Below, piece by piece: positions 45,268 to 55,904 of a stretch of 64,000 bases of DNA. Position 1 is the first letter of the stretch, and each line of letters starts with the position of its first letter. Both the position numbers and the translations under genes were made by a program. The DNA is from a virus, in the IMG/VR virus record IMGVR_UViG_3300042691_018527, positions 1-64,000 of that record; one strand, given 5' to 3'. Below the pieces are notes generated by a model, which saw only the letters and a program-made list of their open reading frames with translations, did no database searches and had not been told where the DNA came from.

Positions 45268-47853
45268 ATGGGATACCGAAATATTTTTTATGATATCAAA
45301 AAGTCTATTGTTCACTTGTGGACATGGACAGAAGATGGCGAAAGAATAAAAACAGAGTGTTCTTTTGAACCATATTTGTACATAGAAAGCAAAGACCATG
45401 AAGATGCAGTTTCCATTTTCAACACACCGTTAAAAAAATTAAAATTTAACAATCAATTTGATAGAGCTAGGTATGTAAAAGATACACCATTAAAACGTTT
45501 ATTCTATAATATAAACGTTGAGCAACAGTTTTTATTAGATACTTTTAAAAATGAAGTTTCAAAGCCTAGTTTTGGAAACTTTCCTCTTAAAATTTTTTAT
45601 TTGGATATTGAGACATATGCAACTGATCATTTTGCAACACCACAAGAAGCATCTGATCCAATAAATCTAATTACAATATATGATTCTTTACAAAATAGGT
45701 ATTTTACATGGGGATGTAAAAACTATTCCACGTTAGAAGAAGATGTTACATATTTTAAATGTAAAGATGAAAGAGATTTATTAAGAAGTTTTGTAAAATT
45801 TTGGAAAAATGATCCACCAGATATTGTTACTGGTTGGAATATTCATGGATATGATATTCCATACATCATGAATCGTTTGAGCATTATCTTCGATGAAGAT
45901 TATAACAAAAAACTTTCTCCAGTAGAAAGAATTCAGTTGATAGAAAATGCAGCAGTTAATAAACTTGGAAGACAAATTGATAGATGGGTTATTAAGGGTG
46001 TTAGCATTTTGGATTACATGGAACTCTATGAAACACTGTGTGGTGGTAAAAGAGAGTCGATGTCACTCAATTATATTTCAGAATTTGAATTGGGTGATTC
46101 TAAAATAGCAATTGAAAGCACATCACTATCAACTTTAGCTGATACAGATTGGTTTAAGTTTGTTGACTATAACATACAGGACGTAAGACTTCTAATAAAA
46201 TTAGAAAACAAGTTAAAATATTTAAGACTTGTTAAAAATCTTTCATATAGAGGATTTATTCCATTTGAAAAATCAATGGGTAAAGTTTCTATGATTACCG
46301 GTGCGGTTGCACATCAAGCATTGAACCAAAAATTAATAATTCCTACATTTAACCAAGAAAATATTAAACAAAAGTTTGCTGGTGGATTTGTATATGAACC
46401 AATACCAGGTTTATATGAAAACCTTGTAACATATGATGCAAACAGTCTATATCCGAACACAATTATAACTTTGAACATTTCACCAGAGACTAAAATTGGT
46501 AAAATTTTAGAAAACAAAAATGGTAATTTGAAAATAAGGTTAATAAATGGAAAAGAATTAAATGTTACACAGGAACAATTTGAAAAAGTCATAGAAAAGG
46601 AAAAATTATCAATAACTAAAGCAAACGTTTTATATTCTCAAAAGTTCAAAGGGGTTATTCCTAATTTAATTGATAAACTTTATAATGATCGTGTTGAAGC
46701 AAAAAACAAAATGATCAAAGCTAAAAAACTATTGAGTAAAGCAACATCAGAAGAAGATAAGTTAAAATTAGCTGAACAAATCAACGACAATGATACGTTA
46801 TCAAACGTGTATAAGACATTTCTTAATTCAATTTATGGTGTATTCTCGCAAATTTATTCTCCTTTTTTTGATATAGACCATGCTGAAAGTATTACATTAA
46901 CAGGACAAGCTGTAGTTAAACAAGGATCTCAAATTATTTATGATCACGCAAAAACTTCAGGTTTTGAAGGAAAAATAGAAGACGTTTGTGTATACCAAGA
47001 CACTGATAGTGAATTTTTCTCATTTGATGATATTTTAAAATTAAAAAATGTAAAACTTTTAAATGATAAAAATGAAATTACAAAAGAAGCATATGACATA
47101 ATTGAAGAATATGGTGATATTTTAAATAAAGAAATTAATGATTGGGCTAAAACAGAATTAAAATCAACTGATCCTAGATATTTCTTTAAGAGAGAAAAAA
47201 TATGTGACGTTGCTTTGTTACAAGCTAAAAAGTATTACATTTTACATATATTAGATAAAGAAGGGGTGGTTCCTAAAGACGATGAAATGTTTGAATATAA
47301 GGGAATGGAGGTCGCAAAAGCTATTTTTTCAAAGGAAGTAAAATGTTTGATTAAAAATATTATAGAATCTGCAATAATGGCTAAAGAAAGAAAGAAAGCA
47401 ACAAAATTGTTTCATGAAGCATATGAAAATTATTGTAATCTGTCACCAGAACAAATTTCAAACAGAAAAAAAGTAAACAATTACCAAAAATATAAAGATA
47501 TTTATGACGAAACAACATCTGAGTTTGGAAAAGGAACACCACATCACGTTAAAAGCTCTATAAATTTCAACGATGCCCTTAAAAAATTAAACATCGATTC
47601 AAAATATCCTGTTATTGAAAACGGTACAAAAATGAAACATTTTTATTGTAAGAAAAATATATATGGATATGAAACAATTGGATTTATCCATCATTATCCA
47701 AAAGAATTGTTAAATGTTGTAAAACCTGATTACAAATTTATGTTTGAAAAAAACGTAATTCCAATTATTAGTAAAATATTCCAAATTATTGGATGGCCAA
47801 TACCAGCAATCGGTTGTGAAGAGTATACTGACTTGAATGAATTATTTTCCTGA
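45268..47853 (+). CDS. gp43: Family B DNA polymerase (gp43)
   Basis: LDIET, GWNIHGYDIPY, YNIQD exonuclease motifs; DANSLYP, KTFLNSIYG, YQDTDS polymerase motifs. Confidence 0.96.
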   Translation: MGYRNIFYDIKKSIVHLWTWTEDGERIKTECSFEPYLYIESKDHEDAVSIFNTPLKKLKFNNQFDRARYVKDTPLKRLFYNINVEQQFLLDTFKNEVSKPSFGNFPLKIFYLDIETYATDHFATPQEASDPINLITIYDSLQNRYFTWGCKNYSTLEEDVTYFKCKDERDLLRSFVKFWKNDPPDIVTGWNIHGYDIPYIMNRLSIIFDEDYNKKLSPVERIQLIENAAVNKLGRQIDRWVIKGVSILDYMELYETLCGGKRESMSLNYISEFELGDSKIAIESTSLSTLADTDWFKFVDYNIQDVRLLIKLENKLKYLRLVKNLSYRGFIPFEKSMGKVSMITGAVAHQALNQKLIIPTFNQENIKQKFAGGFVYEPIPGLYENLVTYDANSLYPNTIITLNISPETKIGKILENKNGNLKIRLINGKELNVTQEQFEKVIEKEKLSITKANVLYSQKFKGVIPNLIDKLYNDRVEAKNKMIKAKKLLSKATSEEDKLKLAEQINDNDTLSNVYKTFLNSIYGVFSQIYSPFFDIDHAESITLTGQAVVKQGSQIIYDHAKTSGFEGKIEDVCVYQDTDSEFFSFDDILKLKNVKLLNDKNEITKEAYDIIEEYGDILNKEINDWAKTELKSTDPRYFFKREKICDVALLQAKKYYILHILDKEGVVPKDDEMFEYKGMEVAKAIFSKEVKCLIKNIIESAIMAKERKKATKLFHEAYENYCNLSPEQISNRKKVNNYQKYKDIYDETTSEFGKGTPHHVKSSINFNDALKKLNIDSKYPVIENGTKMKHFYCKKNIYGYETIGFIHHYPKELLNVVKPDYKFMFEKNVIPIISKIFQIIGWPIPAIGCEEYTDLNELFS

Positions 47854-48123
47854 AAAGAAATAATCCTTGAAGCTTTCAGATAATTTTTTTCTTAATTCAG
47901 CAAACATTTTTGTTATTTCTTCATCAGTAGCTTGCAATTGTTCTCTTTTTGGTTTCTTAATTGAAGAAATTTCATTATTAATTTCTTGTAATTTTGAATT
48001 TAAAAAATTTGTTAATTCATCATCTGACATATCTTTAAATAATTCAGAATCAATAGATACAGGATATTCTTTGTGCCTGTATTCGTTTGTATATGGGTGG
48101 TATATAAATTCTTTTTTTATCAT
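47842..48123 (-). CDS. Hypothetical protein, convergent with gp43
   Basis: 93-aa ORF filling the gp43 to next-gene gap. Confidence 0.55.
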   Translation of the reverse strand: MIKKEFIYHPYTNEYRHKEYPVSIDSELFKDMSDDELTNFLNSKLQEINNEISSIKKPKREQLQATDEEITKMFAELRKKLSESFKDYFFSGK

Positions 48124-48176
48124 TTTTATATTTATCCTGTTGATTTTTTAGTAAATCATATTAATATATTAATGAT

Positions 48177-48560
48177 ATGAGTAATCAAAACAACAACACA
48201 AACCTAACAACATTCCTAGATGCAGTCGGTCGTACGATCTTAGGAGAACCAGTAGAAACAACAGACACACATGTTAAAGTTAAAAACCCAGTAGTTTTAC
48301 ATGTTGTTCCAACCGATAACACAGGAAAGATGTCAGTCCAGTTACTTCCTATTTTCTTTAGAGAATTCTTGGCTGATAAGACGGGTGATGTTGTTTTCAC
48401 ATATGAAAAGAGAAACGTGACTTTAACTGATATTGATGCCTTGGATTTTAGACTCCAAGCTCAATATTCACAGATGTTCAACAAGAACAATACTTTTGTA
48501 ACTCCTCAACAGCAACCACAAGCCCCATCACAAAGCGTAATAAATTTGTTTGACGAATAA
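48177..48560 (+). CDS. Hypothetical protein, possible Sm-like fold
   Basis: ILGE...VKVKNPV pattern; TTGATT-N16-TAATAT upstream. Confidence 0.65.
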   Translation: MSNQNNNTNLTTFLDAVGRTILGEPVETTDTHVKVKNPVVLHVVPTDNTGKMSVQLLPIFFREFLADKTGDVVFTYEKRNVTLTDIDALDFRLQAQYSQMFNKNNTFVTPQQQPQAPSQSVINLFDE

Positions 48561-48583
48561 TAAAATCAAATAAAGTTTATTTA

Positions 48584-48625
48584 AGAAAACCTCAAAATTG
48601 ACTTTTTGAGGTTTTCTGTTATTAT
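48584..48625 (+). promoter_or_regulatory. 14-bp-stem hairpin whose loop is the -35 box of the uvsX promoter
   Basis: AGAAAACCTCAAAA-TTGACT-TTTTGAGGTTTTCT; TTGACT-N16-TATTAT, 6 nt before ATG 48632. Confidence 0.65.
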
Positions 48626-48631
48626 AAAAAC

Positions 48632-49747
48632 ATGGCTAAAACAAAAAAAGAAAACGTAGAAGAAGTAATAACAGGTGAAATCGAAGACGCGTTCCAAGTT
48701 TTGGATGACTTAAATCCAAATGCAGCATTTTTAAATGATAATTCGTTATCAAATGTTAAAGATTGGATTGATACCGGATCAATGGCGTTAAATGCTATCG
48801 TGTCTGGTTCATTATATGGTGGAATTCCCATGGGTAGATTAACAGGGTTTATTGGACCAGAATCGTGTGGGAAAACTTTAATGGCTAATAAAATTATGGC
48901 AAATGCTCAAAAGAAAGGAATGCACGTGGCATATTTTGATACAGAAGGAGCATTGGATGAAGATACGGCAAAACGTCTTGGGTGTGATTCATCTAAAATC
49001 AAACATGTGCCATCCGAGGTAACTGAAGAGTGTAGAAACCAAGTTGTTAAATTTTTAGATACGGTTATTCAGAAAAATTTACACGGCAAAGTTCTGATTG
49101 TTATTGATTCTCTTGGAAATCTTATAACAACACAAGAAAAGAAAAAAATCGAAGAGGGTAGTGATACACCGGATATGGGTAATAGAGCAAAGGCGCTCAA
49201 AAGCATGTTAAGAGCAATAACACATTATGCTGCAAAGGCGAATTGTCCTGTTATTTTCACAAACCACATTTACGATGACCCATCTCAACTACATCCATCA
49301 GCATTAAAGAAGCAAGCTGGTGGCTCTGGCCCTCTTTATATGGCATCGGTTATTATACAGATGGCAAAAAAAACAGAACGAGTGAGTGATAGTAAGAATA
49401 AAGATTCAAACGAAGAAACAACATTCCTATCAAAAGACATTAACGGTTTAACTTTAAGGGCATTAACTACAAAAAATAGATTTGTGGTTCCATTTTTAGA
49501 ATGTGAGATGTATTTAAATTTTAAAAATGGATTAAACAAATACTCTGGATTGGTTGAAATGGCAGAAGCATATAAAGTAATCGAAAAACAAGGACATCGA
49601 TATGTTTTAGATGGAGAAATGTTAGGCTTTTTCAAAGAATGGAAAACAAATCAAGAAATTTGGGGTAAAATTCTACCAAAACTTGAAGATAAATTAAAAA
49701 ATGAACTATCATTTAAAAATGAAAATGTGACCGAGGAATTAGAATAG
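48632..49747 (+). CDS. uvsX: RecA-like recombinase UvsX
   Basis: IDTGSMALN, GPESCGKT, FDTEGA, IDSLGNL, DMG.RAK, TNHIY, GGSG. Confidence 0.93.
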   Translation: MAKTKKENVEEVITGEIEDAFQVLDDLNPNAAFLNDNSLSNVKDWIDTGSMALNAIVSGSLYGGIPMGRLTGFIGPESCGKTLMANKIMANAQKKGMHVAYFDTEGALDEDTAKRLGCDSSKIKHVPSEVTEECRNQVVKFLDTVIQKNLHGKVLIVIDSLGNLITTQEKKKIEEGSDTPDMGNRAKALKSMLRAITHYAAKANCPVIFTNHIYDDPSQLHPSALKKQAGGSGPLYMASVIIQMAKKTERVSDSKNKDSNEETTFLSKDINGLTLRALTTKNRFVVPFLECEMYLNFKNGLNKYSGLVEMAEAYKVIEKQGHRYVLDGEMLGFFKEWKTNQEIWGKILPKLEDKLKNELSFKNENVTEELE

Positions 49748-49790
49748 GTTTTTGATTGCCTTTTTCAAAACTATACATTAGTATTTTTAT

Positions 49791-51218
49791 ATGGCAGCTA
49801 AAAACCTATCATTGGATTTAGACTTTTTTGAAAAGATTATAATTTATAATTGTTTAACCGATCAAAATTATTTAGAGACAATCATTGAGCATTTAAAGTC
49901 TTCTTATTTTAAAGAAAAACAACACGCAACTATAATTTCTTTGGTTAAAAACTTTTATTCTGAACATAGCGTCTTTCCAAACCTAACAGAATTAAAAGCG
50001 TATTTAACAACACAAGAACAGAGAGAACACTTCAAAGAAGTAATCATATCTTTTAATTCTATTGATAAGAATTACAATAAAGATTTACTAATAAAAAACA
50101 CAGAGAAATTCTTAAAAGAAAAGGCAGTGTTAAACACAATGTTTGACACGTCAGTAAATGTTCAAAGTGGAAATATTGATACTGCATCGATATTAAAAAA
50201 GTTTGAAGAAGCTTGTAGTATATCATTGGTTGATAATATTGGATTTGATTACTTGGAAGATATTGAAAAACATTGTGAAGATTTACAAAAAGTTTTTAAA
50301 ACTGTTTCAACTGGTTGGAAATGGTTAGATAAAAATCTTGGTGGTGGATTTATGGCAGAAGGAAGGGCTTTGTATGTATTTTTCGGTATTACAAACGTAG
50401 GAAAATCCATATTTCTCGGAAATATTGCAACAAATATCTTAAATCAAGACAAAACAGTTGTTTTAATTAGTCTAGAAATGCCAGAACAGGTATATGCAAA
50501 AAGAATTTCGGCACAATTATCAAAAATACCTTCTGATGATTTAAAATTACAAATAAGTCCACTTAAAAACTTTTTAAATCAATATAAAGTAAAAAATAAA
50601 TCAGCTAAATTGGTTATTAAAGAATTTCCACCAAAAGGTGTGACTGTTTTAGGTATTAAAAGCTATTTAAAAAAACTTGAAAAGAATAACATTAAGCCAG
50701 ATGTTGTTATTATTGATTATTTGAATTTGATAGCACCACCAACAAATGGACTTAGTTCATATGAATCTGTAAAACAAATATCAGAAGAGGTTAGAGCACT
50801 ATCATATCACTTTTCGTGTCCAATTGTGTCTGCAACACAAGCAACGAGAGCGGCTGTAACAACACCAAAACCAGAATTAGATAAAACCAGTGAATCTATG
50901 GGTCTTTCGCATACTGTTGATGCTCAAATTTCAATTTGGACAGAACAAGGTGATTCAGATTTGGGAATTATTCACATGGGTATAGAAAAAAATAGGTTTG
51001 GTCCTAGACAAGTTTATACACACCTCGAAATTGATTATCCAACATTATCTTTATCAGAACCAACGGACGCTATGTTAGATCTTGTTGATTCAAAATCAGC
51101 AAGACCTCCAAAAATTTCGGATGATATTGAAAAAAATTCAATAGATGAAATCGAAAATTCAAATATTTTTGAAACTTTGAATAGTTTTGAAAATGTAAGT
51201 TTTGATGATGAAAAATAA
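49791..51218 (+). CDS. gp41: Replicative DnaB-like helicase (gp41)
   Basis: GITNVGKS, ISLEM, IIDYLNL, SATQATR, SESMG, KNRFG; TTGCCT-N17-TAGTAT 6 nt upstream. Confidence 0.93.
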   Translation: MAAKNLSLDLDFFEKIIIYNCLTDQNYLETIIEHLKSSYFKEKQHATIISLVKNFYSEHSVFPNLTELKAYLTTQEQREHFKEVIISFNSIDKNYNKDLLIKNTEKFLKEKAVLNTMFDTSVNVQSGNIDTASILKKFEEACSISLVDNIGFDYLEDIEKHCEDLQKVFKTVSTGWKWLDKNLGGGFMAEGRALYVFFGITNVGKSIFLGNIATNILNQDKTVVLISLEMPEQVYAKRISAQLSKIPSDDLKLQISPLKNFLNQYKVKNKSAKLVIKEFPPKGVTVLGIKSYLKKLEKNNIKPDVVIIDYLNLIAPPTNGLSSYESVKQISEEVRALSYHFSCPIVSATQATRAAVTTPKPELDKTSESMGLSHTVDAQISIWTEQGDSDLGIIHMGIEKNRFGPRQVYTHLEIDYPTLSLSEPTDAMLDLVDSKSARPPKISDDIEKNSIDEIENSNIFETLNSFENVSFDDEK

Positions 51219-51240
51219 GTAACTGATTATAAATATCCTT

Positions 51241-52134
51241 ATGCAAAATAAGATTTATCAAATCTTTACTCATAAGGACTTGGATGGTGCAGGAAGTTTA
51301 TTATCTTTTATTTGGTCGCACCCACAAGCAACTATAACATTTACAGAAATAAATAATAATGAATTATTTAAAATAAAGGATTATGTCAAAAAAACATTTA
51401 ATCCTCCAAGTATTTTGATATTTGATATCTCTTTGAGAGATGAATTTTTACCAGAACTAGATAATAGTAACATTACTATAATAGATCATCACAAAAGATC
51501 TGAAAACAATATATCAAAATTTAAAAATTCAAAAATAGTATATAAAGATTTTTCATCAAACACTCTTCTTTTGAGAAAGTTATTTAAAAACAAAGAGAAT
51601 GATACATTGGATGACAAAAAAAAGAAGTTAATTGCATATATAGATGATTTTGATTCTCAAAAAAATCAATTTAAAGAGTCATACGACTTGAATATTATTT
51701 TTTGGACACAGTTTAAAAATGATTTTACTGGTTTTATAAATTTTTATAAAGATGGTTTTGTTCCTTTTACAGAAAAACAATTAAAATTAATAGAGTATAC
51801 TAAAAATGTAGCAGAAGAAGCTTTAAAAAATATAAAATATTTTTCCGGTGAGTTAATAATAGAAGGTTTTCCAAGAAAAACATTAGCATGTTTGACTAAT
51901 ACTACTAACTTGATAGTTATTGATAAAATAATGAATAAAAATGAACAAAATTTATTCTTTTTCATAAACACTGAAACCGAAAAGGTTAGTATTAAACAAA
52001 AAAAATCCAACTCGATGATAGATTTACCTAATTTTACAAAAAAATATTGCGACGGTGATGGTAGTTTATTAAATTGCGGTGGAAAAATAACACCATTATT
52101 CATGGAACTGACAAAAAAACTTAACCCATTATGA
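51241..52134 (+). CDS. DHH-family phosphoesterase-like protein
   Basis: FTHKDLDG, IFDIS, IIDHH; TATAAATA at 51228-51235. Confidence 0.72.
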   Translation: MQNKIYQIFTHKDLDGAGSLLSFIWSHPQATITFTEINNNELFKIKDYVKKTFNPPSILIFDISLRDEFLPELDNSNITIIDHHKRSENNISKFKNSKIVYKDFSSNTLLLRKLFKNKENDTLDDKKKKLIAYIDDFDSQKNQFKESYDLNIIFWTQFKNDFTGFINFYKDGFVPFTEKQLKLIEYTKNVAEEALKNIKYFSGELIIEGFPRKTLACLTNTTNLIVIDKIMNKNEQNLFFFINTETEKVSIKQKKSNSMIDLPNFTKKYCDGDGSLLNCGGKITPLFMELTKKLNPL

Positions 52135-52430
52135 TAATCACATCATCACAACAACTAGAAGAACTATCTAACCCCTCGAATGCAATAAACGTGGAAGAAT
52201 TCGAACAGATAACCATGCGATTTGGTGCTTTTGTTTGTCTATGTAGGGGTAAGAAGATGAATTATTTGAATTTTTTAAAATATTTGATAGAAGATAAAAG
52301 GACACAGAAAATTTATTTTGCTTTACTTGGAGAAAATAATCTGCATAATATTATCAGATTGTATCTAAGCTCTACACCCAACGTGTATAAAAAAATGTTT
52401 AGATCCAAGTATCACAAAAAAAATGAATGA
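52131..52430 (+). CDS. Hypothetical protein
   Basis: Coupled ORF in the replication operon. Confidence 0.6.
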   Translation: MIITSSQQLEELSNPSNAINVEEFEQITMRFGAFVCLCRGKKMNYLNFLKYLIEDKRTQKIYFALLGENNLHNIIRLYLSSTPNVYKKMFRSKYHKKNE

Positions 52431-53076
52431 ATTAACAGATTTCGAGAAATTTATATATAATTCTTATTTAAAATATTCAAGATTTGGATTGCCATTTACA
52501 CCAAGAAGAGATTTTTCAAACATTGACGATAATATCGTTGTTTATCTTAAAAAAATTTCTTATTTTTTAACAAAATATAATCACATTAGCGTTGATGAAT
52601 ACTTTAAATCGTTTGTAGAAATACATAAAGACGAAAAATACCCACAATTAGATTTTTTTTATAGTAGATTAGCACTTAAAACGTATTCTTTATATAAAAA
52701 ACAGCAAGAAAACAGAGATCCAGAAAATCAATTTGATGAAATCAAAAACGGATTTCGTTTTATTGGTAATTTTTGTATTGAAAACAACATCGACATTAAA
52801 AAATATCTACAACATAAAACAGGTTACATGTATTCTTGGTTAAATCATTATAGAGAACATAGAATAAACCCATATTGTTTGATGGAACTTGGAAATGTTG
52901 TTCAAATTTTAGATGGAATACAAAAAGATGAAGTGTCTCTATTCGCAGATAATCTTAATAACACGTTTGTTGCATTTAAAACAAGATATATGAACTCAAC
53001 CAAAACAATATCTCTTGTCAAGCAAGCAACAAAAAAAATAGAGGATTTCGTAAAAAAAGAGTTGACCCAAAAGTAA
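52423..53076 (+). CDS. Hypothetical protein, gp59 helicase-loader candidate by synteny and size
   Basis: 217-aa aromatic/basic helical protein directly upstream of gp32; no firm motif recognised. Confidence 0.4.
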   Translation: MNELTDFEKFIYNSYLKYSRFGLPFTPRRDFSNIDDNIVVYLKKISYFLTKYNHISVDEYFKSFVEIHKDEKYPQLDFFYSRLALKTYSLYKKQQENRDPENQFDEIKNGFRFIGNFCIENNIDIKKYLQHKTGYMYSWLNHYREHRINPYCLMELGNVVQILDGIQKDEVSLFADNLNNTFVAFKTRYMNSTKTISLVKQATKKIEDFVKKELTQK

Positions 53077-53098
53077 TCTGTGATATATTAATTTTACC

Positions 53099-53926
53099 AT
53101 GAGCAATAAATACAACCAAAGTCTCTTTGATTCACTCAAAGACGCATTAGCAGACAAAAGCAACGTGGAATCCTCTTTCAAGGATTTCCTCAAGTTCGAG
53201 CCAGATAAGACATATGTTGTCCGTTTGGTTCCAAACATCAAAGATGGAAAGAAAACACGTTTCCATTATTTCCAGCATATCTTTGATAGTTGTGTGACAG
53301 GAAAGAAAATCTCTGTTCTCTGTCCAAATACATACGGAGAAAAATGCCCAATTGATGAACATCGTTCCAAGGTTTGGGCAACTAAGAACCAAACATTGAT
53401 TGATCAGGTAAAACCTTTGAAGAAATCTGAAAGATGGCTCTATAACGCATATGTCATCAAAGATCCGACCAATCCTTCTAATGAAGGAAGTGTCAAAATC
53501 TTGAACTCTGGTGCTCAGTTGCAAAAAATTATTCAATCTGCAATTGATGGAGATGACTCTGACGAGTTCGGTTTTAGAATTTTTGATCTTTCCGAGAATG
53601 GTTGCAATTTAAGGATCAAAGTTGAGAAGAATGATGGTGGTTATCCTTCTTATACAAGTTCTAAGTTCCTTTCACCATCAAAAGTAGATGGTCTTACAGA
53701 TCAAGATTCTGCATATGAATCTGTAAAAGACTTAGATTCCTTCTTCCAAAGGAAGACTTATGCAGAAATCAAAGAAATTCTCGATGTTCATTTCTTGGGT
53801 AAAGAAAAAGCAGAATCTATTAATGAAACAGTTGAAGAAGACGAGATTGAAACGGTTCGTGAAGAACCAAAGTCAGCAGTATCTGACATCGACAAAGAGA
53901 TGGAAGACATTTTGAAGGATCTTTAA
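53099..53926 (+). CDS. gp32: Single-stranded DNA-binding protein (gp32-like)
   Basis: VVRLVP, CPNTYGEKCPI, YVIKDPTNPSNEGSVKIL, FDLSENGCNLRIK, YTSSKF, acidic tail; TTGACC-N16-TATATT upstream. Confidence 0.92.
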   Translation: MSNKYNQSLFDSLKDALADKSNVESSFKDFLKFEPDKTYVVRLVPNIKDGKKTRFHYFQHIFDSCVTGKKISVLCPNTYGEKCPIDEHRSKVWATKNQTLIDQVKPLKKSERWLYNAYVIKDPTNPSNEGSVKILNSGAQLQKIIQSAIDGDDSDEFGFRIFDLSENGCNLRIKVEKNDGGYPSYTSSKFLSPSKVDGLTDQDSAYESVKDLDSFFQRKTYAEIKEILDVHFLGKEKAESINETVEEDEIETVREEPKSAVSDIDKEMEDILKDL

Positions 53927-53927
53927 T

Positions 53928-54407
53928 ATGTCTCCACAGCAAGAAGCTCTGGAAGCTGCAAAAATGGCGGCGATGATTGGTTCACAGTTAAAAACTGTGG
54001 ACCAATTGTCTATTGGTGGGTCTATTCCAGCAAACCGAATAAACATAAACGAGTTTATTGGATGTGTAAACAACCCAAATGCAAGAATAACTAACAAATT
54101 TGCACAACCACCGCCTGGATTTGCTGCGCCAATTCCAGAAGAAGTAATTCAACAGCAGATTCAGTATACTCCTTTGGTTATACCAACAGAACAAACTCAA
54201 CCTGTTCAACAACAAATTCAACCGGTCCAGTCAGTTTCTATTCCAGAGGCTAAAACAGAACCTATTATTAAAAATGAAAAGGTTCAAGTTAATAGTATAA
54301 AATCTGAAAACGGTTTAGTGGAAGATATCGCATCAATAAAGAAAAGTGTTGACCAAATCAATAAAAATCTGGTAAGATTAGTGGACATTATCAGAAATAA
54401 GAAATGA
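53928..54407 (+). CDS. Hypothetical protein (Pro/Gln-rich, C-terminal coiled coil)
   Basis: Packed ORF. Confidence 0.6.
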   Translation: MSPQQEALEAAKMAAMIGSQLKTVDQLSIGGSIPANRININEFIGCVNNPNARITNKFAQPPPGFAAPIPEEVIQQQIQYTPLVIPTEQTQPVQQQIQPVQSVSIPEAKTEPIIKNEKVQVNSIKSENGLVEDIASIKKSVDQINKNLVRLVDIIRNKK

Positions 54408-55159
54408 GCGATCTAGAAATACCAATTCCCAAAACATCACTTGAAAAACTTTTAAAACCAGTAAACAGGTTAACAGAAAGTTGTGTCTTAAAAAGTTCAG
54501 ATGACTCAATATATACTGTATGTTCATCTAATGACAATAGTGTAATTTTGTATGCAAAAACCAAATTACCGAACACAATAGACTCTATACGTTTAAATTT
54601 GATCAATATTAAAAAGTTATTGACTGGTTTAGAATGTTTGGGTGATGAAGGAGATTTTAGTATTTCTTATAATCAAAATAACATTGTTTGTAAGTCATCC
54701 AATAATGAAAATGGTGAAAACACTCATTTTAAATATCATTTAGTTGATGATAATATTATTAAAGAATCAACTGTAAATGTTCAAAATATTGCAAAATTGA
54801 AATTTGATACTATTTTTGAAATTTCTACTCAAAAATTGAGACAAATCATTTCTGCATATTCTTTTGTAAACGATGTAAATAAAATTTACTTTTATACAAA
54901 AGAAAACATGGTTTATGCTGAAATAAATGATAGAACATTACAAAATATAGATAATGTTTCATTGTTAGCATCTTCTTCTTATCAAGGCGAAGAAATAAAA
55001 ATACCACTTTCCGTTAAAATTGAAGTTTTTAAAATTCTTGCATCGAATAAAAACTCAATAAAAGTAAAAATAAACAACGAGTTTAAAGTTTTTGTTTTTC
55101 AAACACAAGAAGACGAAAATACTGAGTTAAAATATATTATTTCTGCTCTTGTTAAATAA
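54404..55159 (+). CDS. gp45: Sliding clamp (gp45/PCNA-like)
   Basis: ~250 aa with alternating beta/alpha pattern, C-terminal LKYIISAL, in the replication cluster. Confidence 0.7.
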   Translation: MSDLEIPIPKTSLEKLLKPVNRLTESCVLKSSDDSIYTVCSSNDNSVILYAKTKLPNTIDSIRLNLINIKKLLTGLECLGDEGDFSISYNQNNIVCKSSNNENGENTHFKYHLVDDNIIKESTVNVQNIAKLKFDTIFEISTQKLRQIISAYSFVNDVNKIYFYTKENMVYAEINDRTLQNIDNVSLLASSSYQGEEIKIPLSVKIEVFKILASNKNSIKVKINNEFKVFVFQTQEDENTELKYIISALVK

Positions 55160-55182
55160 TAAATTTGTGGTAAATTGTTTAT

Positions 55183-55503
55183 ATGGCAAAGAACAAACTT
55201 ACAACTGTTGGCTATTTTATTAAAAGATTAAGAGATTCCGGTTATGTAACCGATAAAGTTTATACTGGATATGCTAAGATAGATCCAAGAGCATGGACTG
55301 TCGTTGTTGATCCAAAACATACTTCTGTTTTTATAACTTGTTATAATAATCACAACTGTTTTGGAGAAGAGTATTTTGAATTTCATGACGGGGGGCAGTT
55401 TGTTCCAGAAAGATTTAAATTAAAAACTAGTTCAATTGAAACTGTAATTGAATATTTGGTTAAATTTAACATAAATAACAAATCAGATACATATAGTAAG
55501 TAG
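55183..55503 (+). CDS. Hypothetical protein
   Basis: 106-aa ORF. Confidence 0.6.
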   Translation: MAKNKLTTVGYFIKRLRDSGYVTDKVYTGYAKIDPRAWTVVVDPKHTSVFITCYNNHNCFGEEYFEFHDGGQFVPERFKLKTSSIETVIEYLVKFNINNKSDTYSK

Positions 55504-55508
55504 TTGTT

Positions 55509-55904
55509 ATGGCGAACTATAAGAAAAAATCTGTATCTCAAAATACAAATAATCCTTCGCTATCGTCTGAGAGTATTCAGCAAAAAAAAGGAATGACCGA
55601 TGCTGATGTACAAGAATTAAATAAAAAAGTTTATGCCGCAATAAACAATTTAGAACTTCAAAAAAGTTTAGATAGATTTCTTAAAGAAAATAGAACCCAA
55701 CAACAAACCGCATTAAGAGATTTAGGTCTTTTAAAATCAATAATAACAGAATATTTAGATTCTTTTATATTGTTTGGTTATAGTATAGATGGTGAAAGAG
55801 TAATTATACAGAATTTTGAAAAATCTAAAGACCGAGATGCTCTTATGGAATTTTTAAAGATAATTTTTTTTAAACAACAACAAGATAATTTTTTAGATGA
55901 TTGA
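55509..55904 (+). CDS. Hypothetical protein
   Basis: 131-aa ORF; TAAGTA at 55497-55502. Confidence 0.6.
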   Translation: MANYKKKSVSQNTNNPSLSSESIQQKKGMTDADVQELNKKVYAAINNLELQKSLDRFLKENRTQQQTALRDLGLLKSIITEYLDSFILFGYSIDGERVIIQNFEKSKDRDALMEFLKIIFFKQQQDNFLDD

